Origin: Candidatus Scatavimonas merdigallinarum
GTDB lineage: Bacteria > Bacillota > Clostridia > Oscillospirales > Acutalibacteraceae
DNA: 32,000 nt
Direction of reading: 5' to 3'
Assembly: GCA_018713055.1 (NCBI GenBank)
Contig: DVFW01000028.1
Coordinates: 40,653-72,652 of the forward strand
The notes beneath the pieces were generated by a model. That model was not told the DNA's origin. It saw only the letters and a list, made by a program, of their open reading frames with translations, and searched no databases. Both the position numbers and the translations under genes were made by a program. How positions within the stretch are numbered: position 1 is the stretch's first letter; the number at the start of each line of letters is the position of its first letter. Positions 24,241 through 32,000 of this stretch are shown here, in pieces.

Positions 24241-26439
24241 ATGATTAGTGGTAAGAAAAGAATATGCAGCGCTGTATTGTGCCTGCTTTTGCTGGCTTCG
24301 TCCTTTTTATTTACGCAGGCAGGTGCAAGGCAGGTAACAATGGAAAACACGGTGCTGTCAAAAGAGGATTACGGCCTTGCCGAAAATATAGAGGATGGCG
24401 CTATTTTGCATGCCTGGTGCTGGTCGTTTGACACCATACGTGAGAATCTTGAAAATATTGCGCGGGCCGGCTTTACCTCTGTGCAGACTTCGCCGATCAA
24501 CGCGTGCAAGGTTGGGGACAACGGCGGCATGCAGCTGATGGGCAACGGGAAATGGTATTACCATTATCAGCCCGCGGATTATGTAATTGGCAATTACCAG
24601 CTGGGTACGAAGGCTGACTTTGAAGCGCTGTGTGAGGAAGCCGAAACATACGGAATTCACATTATTGTGGATGTGGTGGCAAACCATATGTCTTCGGATT
24701 ATTCTGTTATTGCAGATTCCATAAAAGAACTCCCTGGCGGCGCGTTCCACCCGATGAATGGGATTTCCAATTATAATAACAGACAGGATTTTACCCAGAA
24801 TTCTCTTTTAAATCTGTGGGATTTTAACACCCAGAACCCAAACGTGCAGCAGCTGATTTTAAATTATTTAAAGGAATGCGTAGCGGCGGGGGCAGACGGC
24901 TTTCGGTATGATGCGGCAAAGCATATAGAACTTCCGGAAGACGACCCCTCTTTTGCCAGTGATTTCTGGCCGGTAGTGCTGGAAAACGGCGCACAGTTTC
25001 AATATGGGGAAATTTTGCAGGGCGGCGCGGACTGGATTGATGTATATGCAAACTACATGCATGTAACGGCGTCAAATTATGGAGGAATCATCAGAAACGC
25101 TGCGGCAAGCGCAAATTATGAAGTGAGCCGGATTGACAATTACAATGCAAATGTACCGCAGGACCGGCTGGTTACCTGGGTGGAATCGCACGACAATTAC
25201 TGTGGAGACGGAAGCTGGAGTATGCTGGATGAGCAGCAGGTAAAGGAAGCCTGGGCTGTGATCACGGCGCGCAGCGGAGGAACACCGTTGTTTTTCAGCC
25301 GTCCGCATGGCAGCAGCACCACAAACCAGTGGGGCGATAACCTGATTGGAGCCGCAGGAAGCGACCTGTTTAAGAATCCTGACATTGCGGCGGTCAACAG
25401 CTTTCGGAATACAATGGCCGGGTTGGATGAAACGCTGCGCAACCCGGGCGGAAACACCGGCGTGATTATGATTGAGCGTGCAAACCTGGGAGCGGTCATT
25501 GTAAACGCGACGGATCAGGCGGCCTCCGTTGAAACGGAAACAGAGCTTGAGGATGGTATTTATTATGACAAAGTGACAAACGAGCCCTATGAAGTTCAAA
25601 ACGGGACACTTACCGGAACGGCAGACGCCCACCAGATTTTGGTCTTAACAGGGGAAAAGTCGCAAACTAAGCCATATGTATCTATTTCACAGCAGGGCGG
25701 TAATTTCCGTGAATCTCTGTCTTTAACAGTGCGGGCGGTTAATGCTGAAAGCGCGTCGTATACGCTTGGCGGCACGGAAATGCCTTTTGAAGAAGAAGCG
25801 CAGTTTGAGATTGGCGCTGATATGCGCGACGGCGATACGGTGACGGTGACAGTCCGTGCTGAAAATGCGTTTGGCGTAACGGAAGAAGCTTATACGTTTA
25901 CGAAGCTTTCCTATCCTGTGCTGGAAGGCGAAACGGTTGTTTATTTTGACAACCAGTATGACTGGGAAAGTGTATATATCTATATGTACACGGAAAACCC
26001 GCACATGGACAACGGATGGCCCGGTGTCCCCATGCAGTCGATCGGGTCAAACATGTATGCAGCGGTGCTCCCAGAGGAGTATGAGAACAGCAGGGTGATG
26101 TTCAGCAACGGAAACGGTGCGCAATACCCTGCGTCGGGTGAACCGGGGCTGGTAATTGAAAAGGGCCAGTGGATGGTTTACAATGGAACCTGGGAGGATT
26201 ATAAACAGTATATTACCCCGGAGGAAGAGATAGAAATGGGCGACGTAACAGGGGACGGCGAAGTCAATATAGAAGACGTGCTTGCCCTGCAGGGGTATAT
26301 TGCGAAAATACGTACTTTGACAGAGGCGCAGATTACAGCGGGCGACGTCAATTACAGCGGCGCGATTGAAGTAGAAGACGTGCTGCGTATGCAGCAGTAT
26401 ATTGCCCATATGATCGACGGGTTTGACAAACCCGTATAA
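24241..26439 (+). CDS. Secreted GH13 alpha-amylase with a starch-binding-like module and a C-terminal dockerin
   Basis: Start was re-set to ATG 24241, downstream of AAGGAG. A signal peptide is present. GH13 regions are DVVANHM, GFRYDAAKHIE, YGEILQG and WVESHDNY. The CBM25/26-like segment is VVYFDNQYDWESVYIYMY...WPGVPM. The dockerin duplicates are GDVTGDGEVNIEDVLALQGYI and GDVNYSGAIEVEDVLRMQQYI. Confidence 0.9.
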   Translation: MISGKKRICSAVLCLLLLASSFLFTQAGARQVTMENTVLSKEDYGLAENIEDGAILHAWCWSFDTIRENLENIARAGFTSVQTSPINACKVGDNGGMQLMGNGKWYYHYQPADYVIGNYQLGTKADFEALCEEAETYGIHIIVDVVANHMSSDYSVIADSIKELPGGAFHPMNGISNYNNRQDFTQNSLLNLWDFNTQNPNVQQLILNYLKECVAAGADGFRYDAAKHIELPEDDPSFASDFWPVVLENGAQFQYGEILQGGADWIDVYANYMHVTASNYGGIIRNAAASANYEVSRIDNYNANVPQDRLVTWVESHDNYCGDGSWSMLDEQQVKEAWAVITARSGGTPLFFSRPHGSSTTNQWGDNLIGAAGSDLFKNPDIAAVNSFRNTMAGLDETLRNPGGNTGVIMIERANLGAVIVNATDQAASVETETELEDGIYYDKVTNEPYEVQNGTLTGTADAHQILVLTGEKSQTKPYVSISQQGGNFRESLSLTVRAVNAESASYTLGGTEMPFEEEAQFEIGADMRDGDTVTVTVRAENAFGVTEEAYTFTKLSYPVLEGETVVYFDNQYDWESVYIYMYTENPHMDNGWPGVPMQSIGSNMYAAVLPEEYENSRVMFSNGNGAQYPASGEPGLVIEKGQWMVYNGTWEDYKQYITPEEEIEMGDVTGDGEVNIEDVLALQGYIAKIRTLTEAQITAGDVNYSGAIEVEDVLRMQQYIAHMIDGFDKPV

Positions 26440-26497
26440 CTTTCAGAAAAGTTAAGGGCCGGCAAGTCTGATGACTATGCCGGTCTGCGTTTATAAA

Positions 26498-26533
26498 CAA
26501 AAAGGGACAGAGCGTATGCCCTGTCCCTTTTTT
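26498..26533. terminator. Bidirectional terminator (amylase on the plus strand, tRNA operon on the minus strand)
   Basis: Stem GGGACAG/CTGTCCC flanked by A5 and T6. Confidence 0.7.
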
Positions 26534-26608
26534 GGAGCTGATAAGCAGATTCGAACTGCTGACCTCATCCTTACCAAGGATGCGCTCTGCCTACTGAGCT
26601 ATACCAGC
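26533..26608 (-). tRNA. tRNA-Thr (anticodon GGU), CCA encoded
   Basis: The reverse complement is GCTGGTATAGCTCAGTAGGCAGAGCGCATCCTTGGTAAGGATGAGGTCAGCAGTTCGAATCTGCTTATCAGCTCCA. It folds as a cloverleaf with a 7-bp acceptor stem. Confidence 0.93.
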
Positions 26609-26716
26609 ACAAGCCGGAAGGATGAAAAATGAAGAATAAACGGCGCGCAATCCTGCAAAAGCAATTTCTGCATGATGAAAAAGTTTGTCGTTCACCGTTA
26701 TGCTACCCGGCATCTT

Positions 26717-26792
26717 TGGCAGGGGCAGAAGGACTTGAACCCTCGGCACGCGGTTTTGGAGACCGCTGCTCTACCAACTGAGCTATACCCCT
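26717..26792 (-). tRNA. tRNA-Trp (anticodon CCA), CCA encoded
   Basis: The reverse complement is AGGGGTATAGCTCAGTTGGTAGAGCAGCGGTCTCCAAAACCGCGTGCCGAGGGTTCAAGTCCTTCTGCCCCTGCCA. Confidence 0.93.
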
Positions 26793-26825
26793 ATATCGAT
26801 CTGCACCGGCTGCGGCGCAGATAAT

Positions 26826-26854
26826 ATAATAGCATTTCAAAGCTTTTCTGTCAA
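26826..26854 (-). promoter_or_regulatory. Sigma-A-type promoter of the tRNA-Trp/tRNA-Thr unit
   Basis: On the minus strand, TTGACA, then 17 nt, then TATTAT, about 30 nt upstream of the tRNA-Trp 5' end. Confidence 0.6.
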
Positions 26855-26904
26855 TATGTTTTTTATAAGCCTGCCATCGCTGCGCCGGCCTTTCAGCAGG
26901 CTTT

Positions 26905-28371
26905 TTATATAGGCTGACGTTCCTGCAGAATGCCGGCAATGATCTCGCGTTCGTCAAAATGGCGTTTTACGCCTCTGGTTTCCTGGTAATCTTCATGCCC
27001 TTTTCCAGCCAAGACAATAATATCGCCCGGCTGTGCATGTTCTATGCAATACCGTATGGCTTCTTTTCGGTTGGGGATGACCACATACTTGCCGTCTGTT
27101 TTATGCATACCTGCTTCAATGTCCTGTATAATATCCATAACGTCTTCAAAACGTGAGTTGTCTTCTGTAATAACAGAAAGATCAGAAAGCTTGCCGGAGA
27201 TTTCCCCCATTTCGTAGCGTCTGGCCTTCGGGCGGTTTCCCCCTGCCCCAAACAGAGTGACCAGGCGGTTGGGGTGGTATTCCCGCAGCGTAGTCAGTAC
27301 GTTTTCCATACTCACGGCATTATGCGCGTAATCAATTAAAAGCGTGTAGCTTCCCGGTACGGGAACAGGTTCAACGCGCCCTTTGACCGACGCCTGGTTT
27401 AAGCCGTCTATGATGGCCTGTTTGGAAATGGGAAAGTGGCGGCACACGGCAATAGCAGCCAGCGCGTTATAGACGCTGAACTTTCCGGGAATCGGCACGG
27501 AGGCATCCAGCGCAATACAGCCTTTTGTGCTGAAATGCACGCCCAGATACCCCGGTTTGTTTACAAGTTCTTCGTTATAGGCGATAAGATCGGCACGCGG
27601 GTCAAAACCGTAGGTTTCAACTTTACAGGTGTGCCCCTCCAAAACACCTGCAGCGTGTGCGTCGTCTATATTGACAATGCCTGTTTTACATTGCCGAAAT
27701 AAAAGTGATTTGCAGGCAAGGTATTCTGCAAGCGTTGCGTGCTCGGCATCGCCGATGTGGTCGGGGGAAAAATTTGTAAATATGCCGTAATCATAGACCA
27801 GCCCGTCTGTTCGATGCCATTTCAGGCCAAGAGAGGAAGCCTCAATCACCATGCATTTACAGCCCTGATCCACCATTTTTCGCATGGCCTGCTGGATTTC
27901 ATAAGATTCGGGCGTGGTGTTGTTTGTTTTATACACTTTGTCGCCTATAACGACGCCCAGCGTACCGATTGTTCCTGTCTTGATGTCACCGGCTTCCAAA
28001 ATGGAACGAATCATACTTACCGTGGTGGTTTTTCCCTTTGTTCCGGTTAAAGCAATGGTCTGCAGGGCATTTGCCGGATGCCCGAAAAAAGCGGCGGACA
28101 TAAAGGCCAGCGCCTGCCGGGTATCTGGCACGCGGACAACGGTTACATGCCCGGGCAGCTCGATAGGGTCGCTTAGAACAACGGCGCATGCCCCCTGCTT
28201 TACCGCCGCCGCAGCAAACTTGTGGCCGTCGGCTTCATGGCCTTTGAGACAGACAAATATGCAGCCTTCGGCCGCCTTGCGTGAATCGTAAACAATATCT
28301 GTTACCGGGATGTCGATCCTGCCGCAAAGGCAGGTAAAGGCAACGTCTTTTAATAAATCTGCAAGCTTCAT
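26905..28371 (-). CDS. murE: UDP-N-acetylmuramoyl-L-alanyl-D-glutamate--2,6-diaminopimelate (or L-lysine) ligase
   Basis: 488 aa with LTGTKGKTTT P-loop, Mur ligase central and C-terminal domains (DYAHNP-like DYAHNAVS; GAGGNRPKARR). GGGGG SD is present. Confidence 0.9.
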   Translation of the reverse strand: MKLADLLKDVAFTCLCGRIDIPVTDIVYDSRKAAEGCIFVCLKGHEADGHKFAAAAVKQGACAVVLSDPIELPGHVTVVRVPDTRQALAFMSAAFFGHPANALQTIALTGTKGKTTTVSMIRSILEAGDIKTGTIGTLGVVIGDKVYKTNNTTPESYEIQQAMRKMVDQGCKCMVIEASSLGLKWHRTDGLVYDYGIFTNFSPDHIGDAEHATLAEYLACKSLLFRQCKTGIVNIDDAHAAGVLEGHTCKVETYGFDPRADLIAYNEELVNKPGYLGVHFSTKGCIALDASVPIPGKFSVYNALAAIAVCRHFPISKQAIIDGLNQASVKGRVEPVPVPGSYTLLIDYAHNAVSMENVLTTLREYHPNRLVTLFGAGGNRPKARRYEMGEISGKLSDLSVITEDNSRFEDVMDIIQDIEAGMHKTDGKYVVIPNRKEAIRYCIEHAQPGDIIVLAGKGHEDYQETRGVKRHFDEREIIAGILQERQPI

Positions 28372-28829
28372 AACAATACCCCCAAATCTGTATGGGCAGA
28401 CAAATTGTACAACCTGTGCATGTTTTAAAACAAAAAGAATATATTGTTAGTATGAAGATCGTATAGCTAAGATCAAAAACTTACAATAATACTATGGCGT
28501 ATGCCAAACTGTTTATGCCCATGCCGTTGCCATGCGCAACACAAAAAACACGTTTTGTTCAATTTATGGAGAAAGTCAGAGAAAATCGAGCACAACAATG
28601 TTATTATACACTTGAAAGAATTATAAAACAAGCCTTTGCTGGAAAAGACTTATTTTAGAGAAAAGAAAAGCAGAAATGAATTGGTAAAGATTCACAATCC
28701 CAATTTATAAAAAATGCTGAAAAGCCTTAAAAAAAAGAGTAAAAATTCAGCATATGGCAAATTTTGTGTGCAAAATACACAAAATAGAAAGATAAATCTA
28801 TCAATGTTAATAAAAATAAATAAAGATAG

Positions 28830-28858
28830 TTGCAATAAATAGGTGGCTATGCTATTAT
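28830..28858 (+). promoter_or_regulatory. Sigma-A-type promoter of the sugar ABC operon
   Basis: TTGCAA, then 17 nt, then TATTAT. The inverted repeat TTTTGTGT-gcaaaat-ACACAAAA lies about 60 nt upstream and is a possible operator. Confidence 0.5.
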
Positions 28859-28930
28859 TGTTTCAGTGATTTGGGCACATTTTCCTCTGTTTTTGTTGGA
28901 AAAAGCCTATAAACGGGGGTGCCCTTCCAC

Positions 28931-28965
28931 AAACACAAGCGTGCTTGTGTTTATATTTTATTTTT
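28931..28965 (+). terminator. Terminator-like hairpin inside the 5' leader of the ABC operon (candidate attenuator)
   Basis: Stem AAACACAAGC/GCTTGTGTTT followed by ATATTTTATTTTT, located between the promoter (-10 at 28853) and the SD/ATG at 28986. Confidence 0.5.
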
Positions 28966-28985
28966 CAGAGAAAGAGGGAAACAAA

Positions 28986-30350
28986 ATGTTCAGCAAATCA
29001 AAAAGAGTTGTCGGCGTTCTTTTAGCTGTGCTGATGCTTGCCGCTGTTTTCGCGGGCTGTAATGGGGGCACGGGTGAGACTTCCAGCACCGGGGATTCCG
29101 GTACAAGCTCCGGTGGGAGTGCAACACAGATTGAGAGCGTGACGGTTGATGAAATGATGGCGGATGCGCAGATCGCTATGGGCGACGAAGATAACGTTAC
29201 CTTGAAGGTTTGGTGCCCGCAGGACGCATTGGATGTTTTTCAGAAGCAGTGCGACGCTTTTGTAGAAAATTTTAAAGAACAGGGTAGAACCATTACAATC
29301 GAAGTAAACCCGCAGGGCGAAAGCGACGCGCAGGCCCAGGTTCGCACCGATCCCGACGCAGCGGCCGACGTATTTGGCTTTGCAAGCGACCAGGGACTTG
29401 CACTTTTTAAAGACGAATATCTGCTGAAAGTGAATTTAAGATATGTTGAGCCTATTCAGGAAACGCATATGGAAGAAGCTGTAGAAACAGCAATGTTCCA
29501 GTCTGCAAGCGACGATAAGGCATACCTCTACGCTTATCCGGAAGAGGGCGCAAACAGTTATGCGCTGTTTTATGACAAGAGAGTTCTTTCAGAAGACGAT
29601 GTAAAAACGCTGGAAGGCATTATGGAAGTGTGCAATGCAGAAGAAAAGAACTTCCTGATGGAAATGGGCGACGGTTATTACGGCTGTGTAATCCCGTTTA
29701 CAGGCGGCGGCACGCTTGACCTGGAAGACGATCTGGAGACGCAGATTCTCAATTATGATTATGCGCAGATCGGCCCGGTTGCACAGGCGTTTAGCGATTT
29801 GTGTTCCACAAGCAAATTCTTTAAAAATGAATCTGTTAACTCTACAATTGTTTCAGGCTTTAAAAACGGCACGCATGCAGCAGGCGTTGTAGGAGCCTGG
29901 AAAATTGCAGATATTGAAGGCGCTTTGGGCGAAAACATGGGCGTTGCAAAGCTGCCTACCATTAATGTAAACGGCGAAGACAAGCAGATGATCAGCATAT
30001 ATGGCTATAAGTACCTGGGCGTAAATGCAAAGACAGATTTCCCGCTGACAGCGCAGTCTTTGGCCTATTACCTGTCTGGTGAAGAATGCCAGAAGCAAAG
30101 AACCGAAGAACTCCGTTGGGGTCCGTCTATTACGTCTCTGATCGAATCTGACCTGGTACAGAACGACGTAGCCCTGAAAGCGCTGTATGAACAGCAAGAG
30201 TATTCACTCCCCCAGAAGAATATCGTTACCGGCTTCTGGACTCCCACAGGCACCTATGCGGCTTATGTGGTTGATTCCACCAAGGAGCATGACGAAACAA
30301 CCATGCAGCAGCAGTATGACGACATGGTTGAAGTTATTGAGATGGGCTAA
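28986..30350 (+). CDS. Sugar (maltodextrin/oligosaccharide-type) ABC transporter substrate-binding lipoprotein
   Basis: Start was re-set to ATG 28986, downstream of AGAGGGA. The lipobox is LAAVFAGC, followed by a Ser/Gly/Thr linker. It has family-1 solute-binding protein features and is followed by MalF-like permease genes. Confidence 0.8.
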   Translation: MFSKSKRVVGVLLAVLMLAAVFAGCNGGTGETSSTGDSGTSSGGSATQIESVTVDEMMADAQIAMGDEDNVTLKVWCPQDALDVFQKQCDAFVENFKEQGRTITIEVNPQGESDAQAQVRTDPDAAADVFGFASDQGLALFKDEYLLKVNLRYVEPIQETHMEEAVETAMFQSASDDKAYLYAYPEEGANSYALFYDKRVLSEDDVKTLEGIMEVCNAEEKNFLMEMGDGYYGCVIPFTGGGTLDLEDDLETQILNYDYAQIGPVAQAFSDLCSTSKFFKNESVNSTIVSGFKNGTHAAGVVGAWKIADIEGALGENMGVAKLPTINVNGEDKQMISIYGYKYLGVNAKTDFPLTAQSLAYYLSGEECQKQRTEELRWGPSITSLIESDLVQNDVALKALYEQQEYSLPQKNIVTGFWTPTGTYAAYVVDSTKEHDETTMQQQYDDMVEVIEMG

Positions 30351-30375
30351 CAGCGTTACAATCCATATGTTTTGA

Positions 30376-30407
30376 TTCAAGCAGCCTGAGTTTTCAGGCT
30401 GCTTGAA
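30376..30407 (+). other. Perfect 14-bp intercistronic stem-loop without a U-tract
   Basis: TTCAAGCAGCCTGA-gttt-TCAGGCTGCTTGAA, between the binding-protein and permease genes. Confidence 0.7.
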
Positions 30408-30494
30408 ATAGCGACAAGGGATAGGTATTTTATACATATTTAATGTTTTATGTATTTGATACTTGCTACATTTTGGACAAAGGGGAGTGAACCT

Positions 30495-31997
30495 ATGAAG
30501 TACATTGATTACATCCAGTTAAATCCTTTTCAAAGAATGTGGTATAAGATAAAATGCTTCTTTATCAATCTGCCGGCAAACTTTGTAAGGTTTTTTAAAT
30601 TTTTGGGATGTAAAATCGCGGCGTTCTTCTGTGCAATTGGCAGAGGGTTTAAAAATTACGGCGTGGGATTTGTAAAAGGCGACTGGTCCACAAAAATCTC
30701 TTATGTAATCATGGGATTTGGAAATCTGGCAAAGGGGCAAATTATCAAAGGGCTGCTCTTTTTGGCAATGGAAGTTGGATACATATGCTTTATGGTATTC
30801 TTTGCCTGGAACAACTATTTATCCAAGCTTTTCACTTTGGGTACAGTCTCGCAGATCAGGGAAATGGACTATGCCACCGGTGTAGAGGTTGTAAGAGCCG
30901 GGGACAACTCCATGCTGATTTTGCTTTACAGCGTTATGGCACTTTTTGTAACGGCTATTTTCTTTGCAATGTATATTGCAAATATTAAGTCGTCTTTGAA
31001 ACTGCAGGAAGTGAAAAAGCAGGGCAAAAAACCAATGACGTTTATAGAAGATGTGAAGGCTTTGCTGGATAACCGTTACCATGTTACGCTTCTTTCCGTG
31101 CCGACGATTTTGGTGTGTACATTTACGGTGCTTCCCCTGGTGTTTATGATATTGATTGCCTTTACAAACTATGACGGCGCGCATCAGCCGCCGGCAAAGT
31201 TGTTTGAATGGGTCGGCTTTGGCAATTTTGCCGATGTTTTCTTCGACGAGCCAAGAAAGGCGCTTACCTTCCAGAACCTGGTGGTCTGGACCTTAATCTG
31301 GGCGGTGCTGGCAACTGTTACCAACTACATACTGGGCATGATTTTTGCCCTGATGATCAATAAAAAGGGGATCCGGTTCAAGTCGTTTTACAGAACCATG
31401 TTTGTTATGACCGTTGCGGTTCCTCAGTTTGTAACACTTCTTCTGATGAGCCAGATGCTGGCGGACAGCGGTGTGTTCAATGTGCTTTTAAGAGAGCTTG
31501 GTTTTATTGGCCAGCAGGAATATGTACGATTTTTGACAGACCCCTGGCTTGCAAAGATCACCGTTGTGGTGGTCAATATGTGGATAGGTATTCCATATAC
31601 CATTTTAATTACGAGCGGTATTTTGATGAATATTCCCGAGGAGCTGTATGAAAGCGCCAGGATCGACGGCGCAGGCCCAGTGGTTACGTTCTTTAAAATA
31701 ACCATGCCGTATATGCTTTTTGTCACGACTCCGTATCTGATCCAGCAATTTATCGGCAATATTAATAACTTTAACGTTATTTTCTTCCTTACCGGCGGCG
31801 GACCACAAAACAATAACTATTACAACGCGGGTGATACCGACCTGCTTGTAACGTGGCTGTATAAGCTCACAATGGACAGGAACGACTACAACCTTGCAGC
31901 AACGATCGGTATTCTGGTATTTATTATTTGTGCGGCGGTTTCACTTATCACATATAACTCTACCAAGTCTGCAAAGAGCGAGGAGGAGTTTTCATGA
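30495..31997 (+). CDS. Sugar ABC transporter permease (MalF-like, extended N-terminus)
   Basis: Start was re-set to ATG 30495, downstream of GGGGAG. It has multiple TM segments and the EAA-type loop ELYESARIDGAGPVVTFFKITMP. Its stop overlaps an ATG at 31994 (ATGA), which probably starts the second permease gene cut off by the window end. Confidence 0.85.
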   Translation: MKYIDYIQLNPFQRMWYKIKCFFINLPANFVRFFKFLGCKIAAFFCAIGRGFKNYGVGFVKGDWSTKISYVIMGFGNLAKGQIIKGLLFLAMEVGYICFMVFFAWNNYLSKLFTLGTVSQIREMDYATGVEVVRAGDNSMLILLYSVMALFVTAIFFAMYIANIKSSLKLQEVKKQGKKPMTFIEDVKALLDNRYHVTLLSVPTILVCTFTVLPLVFMILIAFTNYDGAHQPPAKLFEWVGFGNFADVFFDEPRKALTFQNLVVWTLIWAVLATVTNYILGMIFALMINKKGIRFKSFYRTMFVMTVAVPQFVTLLLMSQMLADSGVFNVLLRELGFIGQQEYVRFLTDPWLAKITVVVVNMWIGIPYTILITSGILMNIPEELYESARIDGAGPVVTFFKITMPYMLFVTTPYLIQQFIGNINNFNVIFFLTGGGPQNNNYYNAGDTDLLVTWLYKLTMDRNDYNLAATIGILVFIICAAVSLITYNSTKSAKSEEEFS

Positions 31998-32000
31998 TAA

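Noticed and set aside
28494-28628. 44-codon ORF (MAYAKLFMPMPLPC...) in the murE/ABC spacer
   Set aside because: It has no SD, lies in an AT-rich promoter region, and has no recognisable motif.
31994-32000. Start of a second permease gene (ATGATAA) overlapping the permease stop
   Set aside because: Only 7 nt fall inside the window, too little to call a feature. It is noted in the permease evidence.

Overview
This window looks like a chromosomal segment from a Firmicutes/Clostridia-type genome. Gene content suggests Oscillospiraceae/Ruminococcaceae, but that is inference only. Most of it is housekeeping: hisS (3' part)-aspS, fba, ogg, metG-tatD, murE and three tRNAs (a solitary initiator tRNA-fMet, plus tRNA-Trp and tRNA-Thr). 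Transporters are an AGCS Na+/alanine-type symporter, a Na/Pi-PhoU cotransporter, MntP behind a probable yybP-ykoY Mn2+ riboswitch, and a sugar ABC binding protein with a MalF-like permease. Cell-surface and starch accessory genes are a dockerin-bearing GH13 alpha-amylase, a membrane-anchored cohesin-like protein, and a 1183-aa wall-anchored choice-of-anchor-I/5'-nucleotidase fusion. I do not see a clear multi-gene novel system: there are no CRISPR/cas, reverse transcriptase, integrase, transposase or recognisable defence genes. The places most worth a second look are: (1) an AT-rich, decayed islet just 3' of tRNA-fMet, with three XRE-type HTH gene fragments, a promoter-driven 4-TM protein and very strong palindromic terminators; (2) a cohesin-like type-I membrane protein translationally coupled into the metG-tatD operon, paired in the window with a dockerin amylase; (3) a Cys-rich internally duplicated protein of unknown function; (4) an SPFH-like protein with three tandem zinc ribbons encoded by a DNA-level tandem repeat; (5) a structured, terminator-ended RNA-like segment and a duplicated SD box upstream of the AGCS symporter, which itself carries a roughly 115-aa insertion; (6) leader hairpins suggesting attenuation at the ABC operon. 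All family assignments come from reading motifs by eye; no database search was run.
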